Positions 14,236 through 27,615 of a DNA stretch of 64,000 nt are shown here, in pieces. Under the pieces are notes generated by a model. The model worked only from the letters and a program-made list of their open reading frames with translations, was not told where the DNA came from and made no database searches. A program made the position numbers and the translations under genes. The stretch comes from Camelus ferus (Eukaryota), in contig NC_045696.1 in the NCBI RefSeq assembly GCF_009834535.1, positions 120,778,001-120,842,000 on the forward strand, in the 5' to 3' direction. Each line of letters begins with the position of its first letter. Position 1 is the first letter of the stretch.

Positions 14236-15239
14236 CACTGGAGGTCTTGTGATTTTTATATTTACAGATTTACATTATTCTCACATTTGTTCCTCTTGCC
14301 TAAGTAAAGACTGATTTAGTTCTAAGTTATTCTTATACAGCTTTGCATTTTCTATTGAAAAAGTTTGTGGTGGGTGTGAAATTTTGGTTAGTACTAGCAC
14401 TGCGGTCATTTCAAGACACTCCGCGACTTTCACTCCCACTGCTCTCCCTGATCCTTCTCCCCTTTAACCTTAGATCCAAAGATGGGTTGCTTAGTGCAGA
14501 CATGAGACAGAAGTAGCAGTGATGTTGAGTGCAGCAAGACTGCCACGAACATGTGGACCAAATAGTACAGTGAGGCGGAGGGTGTCTCTGGCCCTCAGCC
14601 ATGATTGTATAGATGGAGGAAGGCTGGAGCGTCAGAGTCAGGGCTCCTGAGCCTCTCCCCCTTTGGGTAATTCAGAGTCCTGGGGAAGGTGTCTGTAAAG
14701 TTGGGCCTTGATACCTCACTCCTTGTTGATTGCATGTTCTTTCCCGGAAAACTTAGTCCTTAAACCTGTACAGTTACCAGGGGCTCAAATCCTCAGAGCA
14801 AATGTTTGCAGTTAATTGTCTTTGACTTCTTTGGTCGTTAAACACTAAAAGTAAAACTGTCTTAGTTATGAGGCTCAATAGTCTTAACTTTTAATGACTG
14901 AAAATTACATACTCTTTGGACATACTAATCACTTTTCTTCATTTTCTTGTAAATAACTTGACCATAGGCTTGCACGTTGAATGTTAAAGTATAAAATTGG
15001 GAATACTTAATTATTAAAATTGGTGACTATAATTTAATATTATTTAAGAAGGGACAAGCTTTTATATGTAGGAATATAAGTGCAAGTAAAGGAAAAGATA
15101 AAAATCGGGGGAAATTTTAAAATAATGATTGAGGTCAATTTTTAATTAAGTCTAACATGGCAACATGGCAAATGTTCTTAATGGACATACTTGTGTTTCT
15201 TTATAAATGTTTTTCTTAATATTCTTTTCTTTTTAATAG

Positions 15240-15301
15240 GAGTACCGTTCAGAAAAATCTCTTGAAGAACTGAGTAAACTTATGCCACCAGAATGCCATT
15301 G
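15240..15301 (+). CDS. ATP2C1: ATP2C1 exon (62 nt) EYRSEKSLEELSKLMPPECH(C)
   Basis: taatag| acceptor and TTG|gtatga donor. Confidence 0.95.
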
Positions 15302-15791
15302 GTATGATCTTTGTTTTTGATGTGGATTTCTGCTCTTGAAAGTAGAAATTGGATGTGACTAGTACAGTGTACATTGTGGCCCCAGATTTGTCTCAACATA
15401 AACTGTTAATTTGATGTGAAAAATTCACGCTGTATTCAGTGTAGCAAGCTGTACTGTTAACACTTTAACATTAGTTCTAATTTTGAGATTCTTGAGATGT
15501 GGATTTATTCAACAGACTTCTTGTGTGCAACTGTGATTCAGAAGGCTTTTATAGTTTTCACATTTTACATTTGAACATTTTCCCAGTGCCTTTTTTTTTA
15601 ATCATTTGAGCATCTTAATCACCAGGAGCATAAATATAAATCTTTTCTTGTTTTTTTGTATTTAACTTATCTCCCTATAAGTAGTGATAATACGGTATAT
15701 TTTCCCTCAGGCAAGCCCACTGGAAGGAATTTTTTAAAATAAGTGGCACGACTTTCTTTTTTCAGCTGTGGTTGTTTGTTTCACGTTACAG

Positions 15792-15900
15792 TGTGCGTGA
15801 AGGAAAATTGGAACACACCCTTGCGCGAGACTTGGTTCCAGGTGATACAGTTTGCCTTTCTGTTGGGGACAGAGTTCCTGCTGACTTACGTCTGTTTGAG
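15792..15900 (+). CDS. ATP2C1: ATP2C1 exon (109 nt) [36 protein letters not shown] (A domain)
   Basis: ttacag| acceptor and GAG|gtgagt donor; LVPGD and VPAD motifs. Confidence 0.97.
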
Positions 15901-15903
15901 GTG

Positions 15904-16221
15904 AGTTTGGCCGCTGTAACAGAATAACACAGAAATGCATTTGTCACCGTCCTGGAGGCTGGGATGTCCAGGGCACCCACAGGGTCACATCCTGGTGGGA
16001 ACCCTCTTCCAGGTTCACAGCTGGTGTCTTCTCTCTGCACCCTCATGTGGTAGAGGGCTGGAGGACCCCGTGGGGCTGTTTTATGAGAACACTCACCATT
16101 CATGAGGGCTCCCCCGTTATGACCTGAGCGCTCCTGAAAGGTCCAACTGCTAATACCATCCCCTTGGGGGTAAGGATCTCAGCACGTGGATTTGGAGTGG
16201 CACAGACATTCAGACCATAGC
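15904..16221 (-). mobile_element. MLT1 (ERVL-MaLR) solo LTR
   Basis: gccgctgtaacagaata...ctggaggctggga...cacagacattcagaccatagc matches MLT1A/B in reverse. Confidence 0.85.
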
Positions 16222-18502
16222 TTTTGGTGATGTTTGTCAGAAGTGAAAGAACTTGGATGTAGATTATAGGACGGGCATTAATTGTTCTACGGATTAACAT
16301 ATAGTTAATTTGAACATTTGGTTTTCTAGTTTAAAAAGTGACATACATAAACATGTTTTTTTTTAACCTTAAAATATATTTGTCTTTCCCATGAAGTCTT
16401 TTGAGGTGTTGGTTTAGTGAATGAGCAGATATTTATGGAGATGAGTGTTAGGCTTTGTGGGAGACGCAGAGATGATGTGGCAGAGTTCTTGCCCTCAGGG
16501 AATGGGCTGTTGGTGGACAGAGATCACTCACCGCAAATACAAAGGGTGGAGTATGAAAATTCGGAGAAGGGCGTGATTACTTGAGGGAGTCAGAGAATGT
16601 CTCAGACAACATTGCTTGGTGGGGACAGTCGAAGGGCAGTCCTGGACGGAGACAGAGCAACAGCTGCACCTAGATCACTGTCAGTGTTCTCGTGTGCTGT
16701 GCTGAGCTCGGGTGTGTTAAAGGTAGCAAGTGTGGTGGACCCAGAATCGGGGGGCCTTGCATATGAAGCTCCACTTCAGACTTTGTTGATTAGAATTTAG
16801 CCTTGAAGTTCACGTGCAGCTAGCAAGTGATGTGACCTGTAATCTTGCCACAATGCACAGAATACATCGAAGGGCTGGAAGACAGAGTTAGGCACCCAGT
16901 GTAAGAAGCCCTCCCAGCACATTAGCAGGCTGGTCACCTCCTGTGGGAATTGATAGGCTGTCACTAACACTTGTGGACCTTCTAGTCTGTGAGCAGTTTG
17001 TGCGTCCCAAACCTGAGTGTTCTCATGGTGAGGTTATGGAAAGCCTGGAAAACATTTTGAATTATAATAAGAACAAACTTCATTTAATCTTAAATAAAGG
17101 CTTTTCTTCAAGTACTTAAAATTTATCCTTAGAAAGTTATCAGATTGCTTTAATCGTTGAATAGAAATAATTGATAATACAGCAGGTACTGGGAATGTTA
17201 CTAATTTTACTTTATTACCTTCTTTATCCCCTTAGAAGTTCTTTTTACATCTTTTTTACTCATTTCTTCTCCCTTCTTCCTGTCCTGAATATTTAGTTTA
17301 CAACAAGCCCTTGGGATTCTTCTTCCCTAGAGATGAGGCAGGCCTGTCACCTGATACACATCATCTTCCCCTCCCCCAAAGAAACCAAGTTTGAGTTCAT
17401 GAAGTTTTTGTCATCATTTATTCTGGAGTGCTTCACTTCTCATTCAGAAGCAGACCTTGTCAGTGGGATAGAAGAGGATGTTTCCCACTGTTTGAACAAC
17501 TTGAGCAGTTTGATGACATGGAAACTTCAAAACACCATTTAGCTTGGTAGAGTATTTGGGGGTTTTCATTTAAACAAGGGTTAACTGATCTGAGAATTAA
17601 TTACCTCAGTTCACATGCAGGTAGGAAAATACCTTGTGAGAGTATGGATTAGTGCATGTTCTGTCCATTTAGCACATGTATATTGAAGACTTGCTGTGAG
17701 TTCAGTAAGAGGGATTTTTTTGACCTTTTAAAGCTTGATGCTATAAAAATTAGAAGCATTTGCTTCGTGAAGTGATTTCTTAGTTGTTATTGTTTCGCAC
17801 TACTTGTTAACTGTTCAGACACTTCATCAGCATGTTCAGTTTGACAGTGCTGTGCTTAGGTGGATCTTGTTCTTGTGAATCCATTTTACTTACAAAGTTG
17901 AACATCTTTGATTTTTCTCTATCACTTTTCTGCCCTACTTGTTCCACCTGCTACCTTGTACCACAAGCAGGTTTTTGCAGCAACTTTGACAGTAGATTGA
18001 GGCAACTTTCCTAAAAGATTTGAGCCTTTCATGCTGCTTCTAGATTTAAATGTACTGACTGAAGGCATAATAAAGCTGATAAGGTCAATTTTTCTTGACA
18101 CAGAGGTTAATTAGCTTTTGGAATTCAGTTGACGGAGTGTTGTCTGCTGAATTTGGCTGTGGTGAATGATGGTGCAAGACTGGCTGGTCATTTGGTGTTC
18201 CTGCATGAAACAGACTCTTCATTCGGGTATAGACGAAACAGAAAACGCCTCAGTTAGCCTATTACTAATTCCTCACAGATACAGCACGGCTTCTGCAGAA
18301 TAGTTCTCATCCTGTGGACTTGGCCCAAGGCCAGGGTTGCCACTTTAGCACTGTCATGTTGCAACCCTAGGGTTTCCATAATAATTTCAGTGGCTCAGAT
18401 TTTGGCTGTAAATCTTGCCTGGGCCTTTAGTGGCGCCTTGTCAGCATGATCAGTGACCTGACTGCTACACAACTTTTATCTGGTATTTTCTCACTGTCAG
18501 AA

Positions 18503-18865
18503 ATACCTTAAGTCAATTCAGGCTGCTATAATAAAACACCACAGAATGGGCGGCTTAAACAACAGACATTTATTTCTTATGATTTTAGGGGCTGGGAAGT
18601 CCACAGTCAAAGTCTGGCAGAATTCAGGTTTTAGTTAGTACTGTCTTCGTGGCTTGCAGGCTTCTTGCTACATCTTCACATAGTAGAGAGTGATCCCTCG
18701 TTCTTCCTCTTAGAAAGGCACTAATCCCTTAAGAGAGCCCTCCCCCCCCCCGACCTTATCTATCCCTAATTACCTCCTGAGGCCCCATCTCGAATTATCA
18801 ACATGTCACATTGGAGATCAGGGCTTCAGCATGAATTTTAGGGAGACACAATTCAGTCCATAGCA
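18503..18865 (-). mobile_element. MLT1 (ERVL-MaLR) solo LTR
   Basis: caggctgctataataaaacaccacagaatgggcggcttaaacaacagacatttatttct...gacacaattcagtccatagca. Confidence 0.9.
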
Positions 18866-21634
18866 GGCTGAGACTGTTATTTGTAAAAGACCTTTTAAAG
18901 AAGATCAATGTTGATAACTTAAGGAATTCTGTGTTTTGTTTTCTTGTCTGAGTCAGTTTTCCATAGCCAAGGAATGAACCAGTATGTATTGACAATAACC
19001 ATACTAGCTTAGGAACCTTAGAATTACTGGTGGAGCCGGGACAGTAAAACTTAGAGGAATTAAGCTGTGGGCATGCTTTCCAGTTTTTTCCTAAAAGTTT
19101 TTATTTTAGTTTTTAATAGTATTTGGGAAGAGGCACTTGCCAATTAATTGGTGGTAGCCAGTGGATTGCTTGGACAACAGCTTCAGATGAAGCAGTCTTA
19201 CAGGCTGTGTATACTTGCATAATAGTGCATTTTGCCTTTTTGGAAACATATTTTCCAGAAAGTTCCAGGTAAAGTCTATATCAACATTTGAACAAAGATT
19301 TCTTTGTAAGAGAAAACAATGAAAGAGTCAGGAAAAGAGGATTACTTTTTTCTGTTGAAAATCTTTTACCTCTTTCAGCTAGAATTTTCTACCTAAGCCC
19401 TAAGCATTGCCTGAAATGTAGCAAGATTTTCTGTCATTTGGAGTTCTGAATTAGTTCTGTTGACACTTTTTTTTGTGTGGCTCATGTGCTTAGTGTTAAC
19501 CCATGCCATTCTCTGAAATTGTCTTCAAGATCTGTACCAGGGTACAATTGCCATCTATTTTTTTCTTTCCAAGTCCAACTTTTGATTTGATGATTTTCTA
19601 AATGTATCACATTTCTTTTAGAGAACAACCACTGATGTGGTTGAGAACCAGGAAGCCATTTTTAGGATACTAGATTATCAGACCTTTTAAATCTGGGCAA
19701 CAAGATTGTTTCTACTAGGAGTCAAGGTCTTACTGGGGCCAAGCTAACCCTTTTTACTTCAGGAGTCCATGTACTTGTTACAGGATAGTAGTTTGGCTCA
19801 GTGAGTAGTTTTTGTGTCTTTAGGGTTATTCCTTCCTGTCCTTAGTTCCCAGGGCAAGTACAAACCGAAGATAGTGAGTGTGACTGAACAGGCTCAGATC
19901 TACTTTGGCTGCCTACCAACTGAAGGAGTCAGAGGTCGTCTCTGAGGGATGCTCATGTAGCCATTATTTCCCTTTTTGTAAGACACACTTCCTTGCATGC
20001 TCTTGTTAGTCACTATCAACAGGCAGCTTCCTCGGTGTTGGGTAACTCTGTGGTGGAGGTGTCTTTTCTGTGTCGGAGCATTCTGACTTCCTGAGCTACA
20101 AAATATATTTTCCATTTACTCAGTTAAAAACTTGATCATCTGACAAAACTCAGAGTCTGATTTGGTTTGCCGCACTTTTTCAAAATAGATTTTTTTCAAA
20201 CATTTGCTTACATATAGGCGTGTGGTGATGTTTTAAATGATAATGAAGCTAATTCAGTCAAAATGTAATCCCTCTCTTTGGAAATCAGTCTGTGTTATGA
20301 AGTCATCTTATCCATTTAGTAAATATTTGAGTACTGTGTGTAAAATAGTGTACCAGGCTTTAAGGCTAGGAAGTAGAAAATAGTTTTGTGTCCTTTCTGC
20401 TGGGAGACACCAACTTGCAGAGTAATTCAAAGAATAAAATGTGTCTTCTTATGAAATGAATTGACCATTAGGCAAGCCACATACTATTTTCAGGCCTTAG
20501 TTTTCTTAGTGTCACGTAGAGTTGCCCCAGGGCAGTGTGTCCTAACTTTTAATATGCATAGGAGTCACCTGGGTTCTGTTTTGGCAGGTCAGGTTGGGCT
20601 GAGATTCTGCATTCCTAACTAGCTCTTAGTGTATGCCAGAAGTACTGGTACATCCACATATAAAAGTCTTTTTTGAAAACAGCTTTATTGAGATGTAATT
20701 CACATTCCAAGCAGTTTACCCATTTAAAATGTACCATTCGGTGGTTTTCAGAGTTGGGCAACCATTACCACAGTCTGACTGTAGAGTGTTCTCATCACTC
20801 CCCAAAGAAGCCCCTTACCTTCTAGCATTCACTCTGTTCCTTGCCTGCCCAGAGCCTGGCAGCCACGAATCTGCTTGTTCTGTCCTGTGCATGTGCCTCT
20901 TCGGGACATTTCATATAAATACAATTATACTCTGTAGTCTTGTATGTCTGGTCTCTTTCAGTTAACAGGGTTTTCAAGGTTCATCCATGGTGTGGCGCGG
21001 ATCAGCTCTTGTTACTTTTTATGTCAAGCGATATTCTGTTGTATGACTATCCTCCACAAGTGTGAATCCATTTACCTTTAAAGAATTACTGGTAGAGAAA
21101 GACTTTCTTAATGCCATTTTACCATTTGTTTTCTATATGTGTTATATTTGTTATGTTTCTGAATTCCTTCACTCTCCCTTTTTTTGTGTTTGATGCATTT
21201 TTAAGTATACTTTGGTTAACTCCTCATTTCCTTTTTTCTATGTTTTTCACTTGTTTTCTTAGTGCTTATGATGGGGATTACAGGTGAGGAAACATTCTAA
21301 ATTTGTAACAATGTGGTTTGAATTGATGCCACCTTCAAAAGCATACAGAAACTTTGCTCCTATGCACCTACTTTTTCACCACCTTCATGTTGTTGTCACA
21401 AAATACATCTTATATACATTGTGTGCCTATTAACATAGACTTGTTAAGTGTTTTCTATATTTTTCTTTTAATTTAAAATAGAGGCGTTACAAACAAAAAA
21501 CAGTAATGCTGGCATTTATATTTACCTATGGTTACTTTTATTGGAAATTAATTAATTAACTTACTTACATACACAGTATTCTTTGTTGTAAATTCCAGAC
21601 ATCTAATTGAATTTCAGGGAATACTTTCATTGAT

Positions 21635-22505
21635 TATTTTTTTAATTGAAGTAAAATTGGTAGATGATATTATATGTTTCAGGTTTGCATCATTAGAATT
21701 TGACATCTGTATACACTGCAAAATGATCATCACTGAATTCTGGTTACCATCTGTCACCATACAGTTGACCCTTTTCACCCATCCCTAAACCCCCATTCTC
21801 TCTGATAACCACCTGTCTGTTCTCTGTATCTAGGAGTTCTTTGCTTTGTTTTTTCTTTTACTCCACATATGAATGAAATCATATGCTATTTGTCTTTTTC
21901 TGATCTATTTCACTTAATACTCTCAAAGACCATCCGTATTGTCACAAATAGCACAATTTCAATCTTTTTTATGGCTGAGTGCTATTCCATTGTGTGTGTG
22001 TGTGTGTGTGTGTGTAACACATCATCTTTATTTATCCATCATTGGACACTTAAGTTGTCTCCATATCTTGGCTTTGTGAATGATGATTCAGTGAACACAT
22101 ATAGGTGCATATATCTTTTCATACTTGTGTTTTTGTATTCTTTGGATAAATAACCAGAAATGGAATAGCAGGGTCATATGTTAATTCTGTTAATTTCTTG
22201 AGGAACCTTCATACAGTTTTCCATAGTGCCTGCACCAGTTTACATGCCCACCAAACTGGGGTTCCCTTTTCCTCACATGCTTGCCAATGCTTGTTATTGA
22301 TTGTCTTTTTGATAATAGCTATTCTTACAGGTGTAAGGTGGTATCTCATTGAGGTTTTGATTTGCCTTTCCCTAACGATTAGTGATGTTAATTTTTTCAT
22401 GTTCCTATTGGCCATCAGTATATTTTCTTTAGGAAAAAATTTTTTTAAGAAGGTCCTATTAGGATCTTCTGTCCTTTTTTTTTTTTTTTTTTTATTGGGC
22501 TGATT
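21635..22505 (-). mobile_element. Younger L1 3' end and ORF2 C-terminus nested in the older L1
   Basis: T-tail followed by aattgaagtaaaattgg; track ORF 22209..22415(-) [15 protein letters not shown]...[11 protein letters not shown] is the ORF2p C-terminal region. Confidence 0.88.
21992..22015. repeat. (TG)n microsatellite
   Basis: About 12 TG units read directly. Confidence 0.95.
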
Positions 22506-25500
22506 GTTTTGTTTTGTGTTTTTTTTTTGTTTGTTTGTTTTTTTTACTTAAATTCCTTATTTCTTCATATGGCTTTGAGTTACTTTCTACTCTCCTTTCA
22601 CTTCAGATGGAAGGACTCTCTCAGTATTTCTTATGGGACATTTCTACTGGTGATGAATTCTCTTAGCTTTTGTTTAAATGAGATTGACTTAATTTCTCCT
22701 TCATTTTTTCCAAAAGATAGTTTTGCTGGATATAGAATTCTCTTTGCCTTTTCCCCCCAGCACTTCAAATATGTCATTCTACTGGTCCTAGCATGCATGG
22801 TTTCTGATAAGAAATGGGTGCTTATCTTAATGAGAATCCATTGTACGTGATGAGTTGCTTTGTTTTTGCTGTTTTCAAGATTGTCTTTGTCTTTTAGCAG
22901 TTTGATTATAATGTCTTTCAGTGTAGGTGTATATGAGTTTATTCTAGTTGGAGTGTAATGACCTCCTTTGATGTATAGATTCATGTCTTTCATTAGACTT
23001 GGAATGTTTTCATCCATTATTTCCTCAAATATTCTTTCTGCTCATTTCTAGGCTTTTGGGGGGGCTCCCATAATGCTTATGTTGCTATGCTTGATGGTGT
23101 TGCATGGGTACCTTAGGCTTTGCTTATTTTCTTTTTCCCTCTACCCTTCAGACTGGTTAATTTCAGTTGTCCTGTCTTTAGGTTTTCTCCCGCCTTGTTC
23201 ATAGCTGCTTTTGAATCCCTTTAGTGAACTTTTAATTTCCATTATTGTACTTTTCAGTATCAAAATTTCTATTTACTTTTTATAATTTCTTTCTCTGTAT
23301 TGATATTCTCTTTTTATTCATTATTTGCTTTCATGATCTTTAGTTCTTCATGTTCTCGTTTAGTTTATTGAGCATATTTAAGATAGTTGACTTGAAGTCT
23401 TTCTAGTAAGTCCACTGTCACCTTCCTCAGGGTATTATTTTTACAAAGACTGTATTTCTTGTTGTCATTGGAGTTTTTCTGTTCCATTAGCCACAGAGTC
23501 AGTCTTACTCATCTTGAGCCAAAAAGAAAGAAAGAAAAAAGACACTCTTCTGGTCTTTTCAGCTTGTCTGTGATCTGGGGCTCTTCTTCAACACTGAGCG
23601 AGGCTGCCTACAACTCTGCCTGCACAATCTGCTGGTGCCACACCCACTGATCTGCAAGCCTAGGGCCCTCTCAGTTCTTTTCTAAGCATGTGTCTGGTTC
23701 TGGGCATGCATTTTACACTCTGTCTCCCCTGGTGTACGTTGTGGCCCATCTGAGCCTTTATGCCCTCAAGAAATTTCTACCTCATTCTCTGCCTTTTCAG
23801 CTTTTTGGCTGTGTCTGCTGCTTGCCCTGTCCTCTTTCCTTTGCCTGCTAATATATGTCTTTAGTCTCTTGGCAGATGCCTGGAAAGCCACTCTAGCTGG
23901 GATCAGGATGTGAAACAAAGGTCAGCCTCTGCACCAGTCCTTTAGGGACCTGCCAGACAGGTCAAAACACACAGCTACAGTATTAAGAACAGGGTCCGTA
24001 TTAGCCTCCTGACTGCCAGTAAGCTGCACCAGGAACGTGGGCTTCCATCCCCACAGCTGTCGCTGCTTCTCTGGGGAATAGGGGCGGGGAAGAGCAGACG
24101 GCAAATAAAAATGCCACAGTGCTTCCTTACTGAAATTTAGCCACCTTTCATTCATTAAGCACTTCCCTAGCTGCTTTACGTTTTTAATTCCAGAGTTCAT
24201 TCTGTCAGCTTTTGCCAGCTTATGATTGTCTTTGTGGAGGGACCAACTGTTTGAGTGCCCTCCTCCACTGTTTTCTGAGATGCTAGTCCTGAGTTGTGAG
24301 TTTTATATTGAGGTCCGTGTATTTTTTGGCAGGTAAATTCGGTAAGTTAATTTATTATATGTTGCTCCCTCTCTTATTGTGAATTATCACTGAAATGTTG
24401 CCTTTAAAGTTTCTCAATTATTAAACATATACACACTTGTAAAAAAGAGCAGTTTACAGACACCTTTGGAAATAGAGATTTTAAATTAGCTGTCAAGAAA
24501 TTGAGTAGAATGTTAGAGAAGTTGTACGGTACATGGCATTTAGAAACATTCATATTCATGAGACACTGATGTGATCACTCGTGTTTGACTTTGCAAGAGA
24601 TGTGTTTTTCTTTAATAGCATTATCATAGAGCTGAGAAAACCATCTCATACGTAGAGTGACGAGTGTTAGTTCTCTTAGACTGTGTAAGCTTGGGGTCTG
24701 CTTAGTGTTTTATTGTCTGACTTTTATAGTTGAAAAGCATTGTGAGCTGAGGAAAGCTATTCATTTTAACATACTGAAGAGAAGAACTTTTTCCCCTCTC
24801 ATTAAGTCAGTAGAATTTAAAAGGACAATATGGGCGAGTTAGAAGTAAGACCTAATTTGTTTTTACGATTCTCATCTTGAGTTGGTAGGAAAGGACTGTT
24901 GGAAAACTAGATCCCCTTTTGAAATGTGGTTCCTTTTAGTAATGTTAGTGAAATATCCTAGAAATCATTGTTAACTGAATACTGGCCTTTAAATTATTGG
25001 CAGCTTCATCAAGTTGAATCTGTACTCTTAAGTCAGAAAGTATACAAGCATTTACCATGGGATAGAATTCAGTTTATGTAGTCTTGTCAGTAATTTATAA
25101 CACTTGGTTGGTTGGGCTTTGATTGTTAATAAGCTGGAGCTCTTGAAGAATTTTTAATTACATTTCCCTTCATTTGAATAATAGTAAGAGGAATCTTAGT
25201 TTTTGAGAGTAGAAGAAAGAAATTTTGTTATGATCAGGCAGCTGAAGATGAATATTTTGAAAGATTCATTTCTGGGAAAAGAAATCTAGTTCTGATTTGC
25301 TTATAATTCTAGACTAGAGGCGATTAATCTAGCAGCATACAGTATGCCAAGACGTTCTTTAGTTTTAAGGACTCGTTTGTAGCTACCAATTGTATCCTAT
25401 TAACTGTAATTTTTTTAAGCAGTCACTTTTTGTTTTCAGGAAACCTTTGTGACTTTGGCACTTACCTTCTTTCTGCCTGATATTTATAGGAAAAATCCTG

Positions 25501-26589
25501 TGAATTTTTTCAACCGTTTTAATTCTGTAGGTGTTGAATATTCAGATTGTGGATTATGTATACATTTTGATTCCTATTTATATTTTGCATTTTGAACTGT
25601 GTTGTGTCTTACACCTCTATCATGGTACCTGAGGAAGAATGAGAAAGTGAACCATAGTCAGTTTCCCTATTAACAGCTCTTCTGAAGGTTTTATGTTTAA
25701 ACTTGGCAGGAAGGCATGGAGCTGGCTGATTCTATGACTTCATTTTATCCTGCCTTTCTCTCTCCCATAGATGTGGTGAATAAATGACTCTAATATCGTG
25801 TCAGATGAATTATACTGTGATTTTGTTAAACTGTAATAAATTAGGCTTGCCTGTTTTATTAAATACCATCCTTAATAATGACTTCTCTTCTCTCTCAAAA
25901 TTGCAAAAACTTGCAGTCATCATTAAGAGAAACCAGAAACTTAAGAGAATATTCTTGTTCAACAGTTGAGATCTATGCTACATTGTATAATTTAGACAGA
26001 TTTCATTGATGATATATTCTTAATTGTTTTACAAATTTATACTTATATAGGAAAAAAAAGGTCCCAAACACCCCGTTTTCTTCCACATTAGTTTATATAC
26101 TAAGACAGGACTGATTGCTATTGTGCAAAAAATTATGTACCTCTCTTCTGTAGTAAAACCTGATTTGAACAAAAATTCTCACTCTCTTAAGTGATTATTG
26201 TGCTGCTAAGGCTGACACTGAAGAACTAGGTTGCTGACAGAGCCATAAAGCCGTGCTTTTCCCCTTTTTAAAAAGTCAGATATTTTTATATTCCTTGTTC
26301 CTGTAGACAACCACCTAATGTTAGTATTTATCCATGTTAAAGATTTTCGTTTAAAGTAAAAAGTCTTTAATGGGAAAACATAAATTTCACCTTTCTCACA
26401 GATAGGAGTTCTGTAGACATGTACAAGTTTTTGTTTGCTTTTAAATGTTAGCAGGTCTTTTTTTCTAATTAAGAGCTCAGAAAATTACAAGCATTTCTGA
26501 TTTTTGTAACAGGCTTTAAAAAGGAGCTTGCTAAATCAAATAAACTTTTTGTTGAATTCTGTAATTCAGAAAAATAGAAGTTAATTTGT

Positions 26590-26785
26590 CAACGTTTGGG
26601 TTTCATCTCCGTAGCTTACTATCTGTATGATGTTGGGTGAGTTGCTTGGCCTTTCAATGTGTCTGTAAAATAAGGATAATAGTACTAGTACTTGCCTCCC
26701 TGGAGTTGTTAGTAGATGACTTAGTGTAAGCATGTAGCACAGGGCCTAGCAGATAGTGAGCAATAAAATGTCAACTTACTGTTTT
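26590..26785 (+). mobile_element. MIR SINE
   Basis: ttgggtgagttgcttggcc...tctgtaaaataaggataatagtac...tagcacagggcctagcagatagtgagc. Confidence 0.75.
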
Positions 26786-27229
26786 CAGTATTAGTATCTA
26801 ATTTTCCCCCTTACTTTGGCAATACATGTGTTAGTGTGAAAAATTATACAGTCTTACGAGTAATTTGGGAAGTCAAATAAATATGTTCTTTTAATTTAAA
26901 AAAAATCTATTGCCCTTGTGTTTTTTAATCTGTAGTTGTGTTGAAATAACGAGCCCATATTTACCTGGCTTGTCCTTGCACATGTATTTATATAAATGGG
27001 AGGCCTTTTAAAGACTGAAGGACTGGTGATCTGTGTTTTAAGGAATATTTTTTATAAACCTGTTTTAGTACTAAAATCCATCATGTTCGCATGGTACTAC
27101 ACTTCCAGAAAATGCTAACATATTTTGGTCTCTCTGGAGTTGGATGATATAATTTATTTTTATTCTGAACATTTGTAAACTTAATGATCTGATGTTGTAA
27201 ACTTTTGATTGTATTTGCAACGTCATACG

Positions 27230-27615
27230 TCTGCCTAGCACAGGAACACACCAGGTGTGCTCCTGCCTCCATGGCCTTTGTCTTTCTGCTCCCTTTGCCT
27301 GGAATCCTTTCACCCTGATGATGGGCCAGCCTTGGGGCCATCACATCAGTCATGGCCCTGCCAAAGGGTCATCAGCTCTTGAGAGGTGTTCTCTCTCTGT
27401 CTAAAATGTCACTCTCCATTCTTACTCGGGTTTTCCCCCACTGTCAGGCATTACATTATATACTCCTGTTTATTTTTTCAGATCACTTTCCCTTTAGAAT
27501 AATAGCTGAGGGCAGGAAGTTTATTTTGTTTACTGCTGACTCCCACTGTGTGTGGTAGAGTACAGGACTTGGCATAATATAAGCATTCACAAATATTTTT
27601 TAAGTGAATGAATTG
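27230..27615 (+). mobile_element. L2 3' end
   Basis: ctcctgcctccatggcctttg...gagggcaggaag...tggcataatataagcattcacaaatattttttaagtgaatgaa. Confidence 0.75.

Larger units (their letters stand above)
20670..24290 (-). mobile_element. Old L1 (L1M/L1MB-like), antisense: 5'UTR, ORF1 remnant, inter-ORF region and 3'UTR, with ORF2 nearly absent
   Basis: Track ORF 22631..23017(-) is ORF1p-like (RILYPAKLSF...KQKLREFITSR); L1MB-like 3' end at 20670-21065. Confidence 0.8.
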
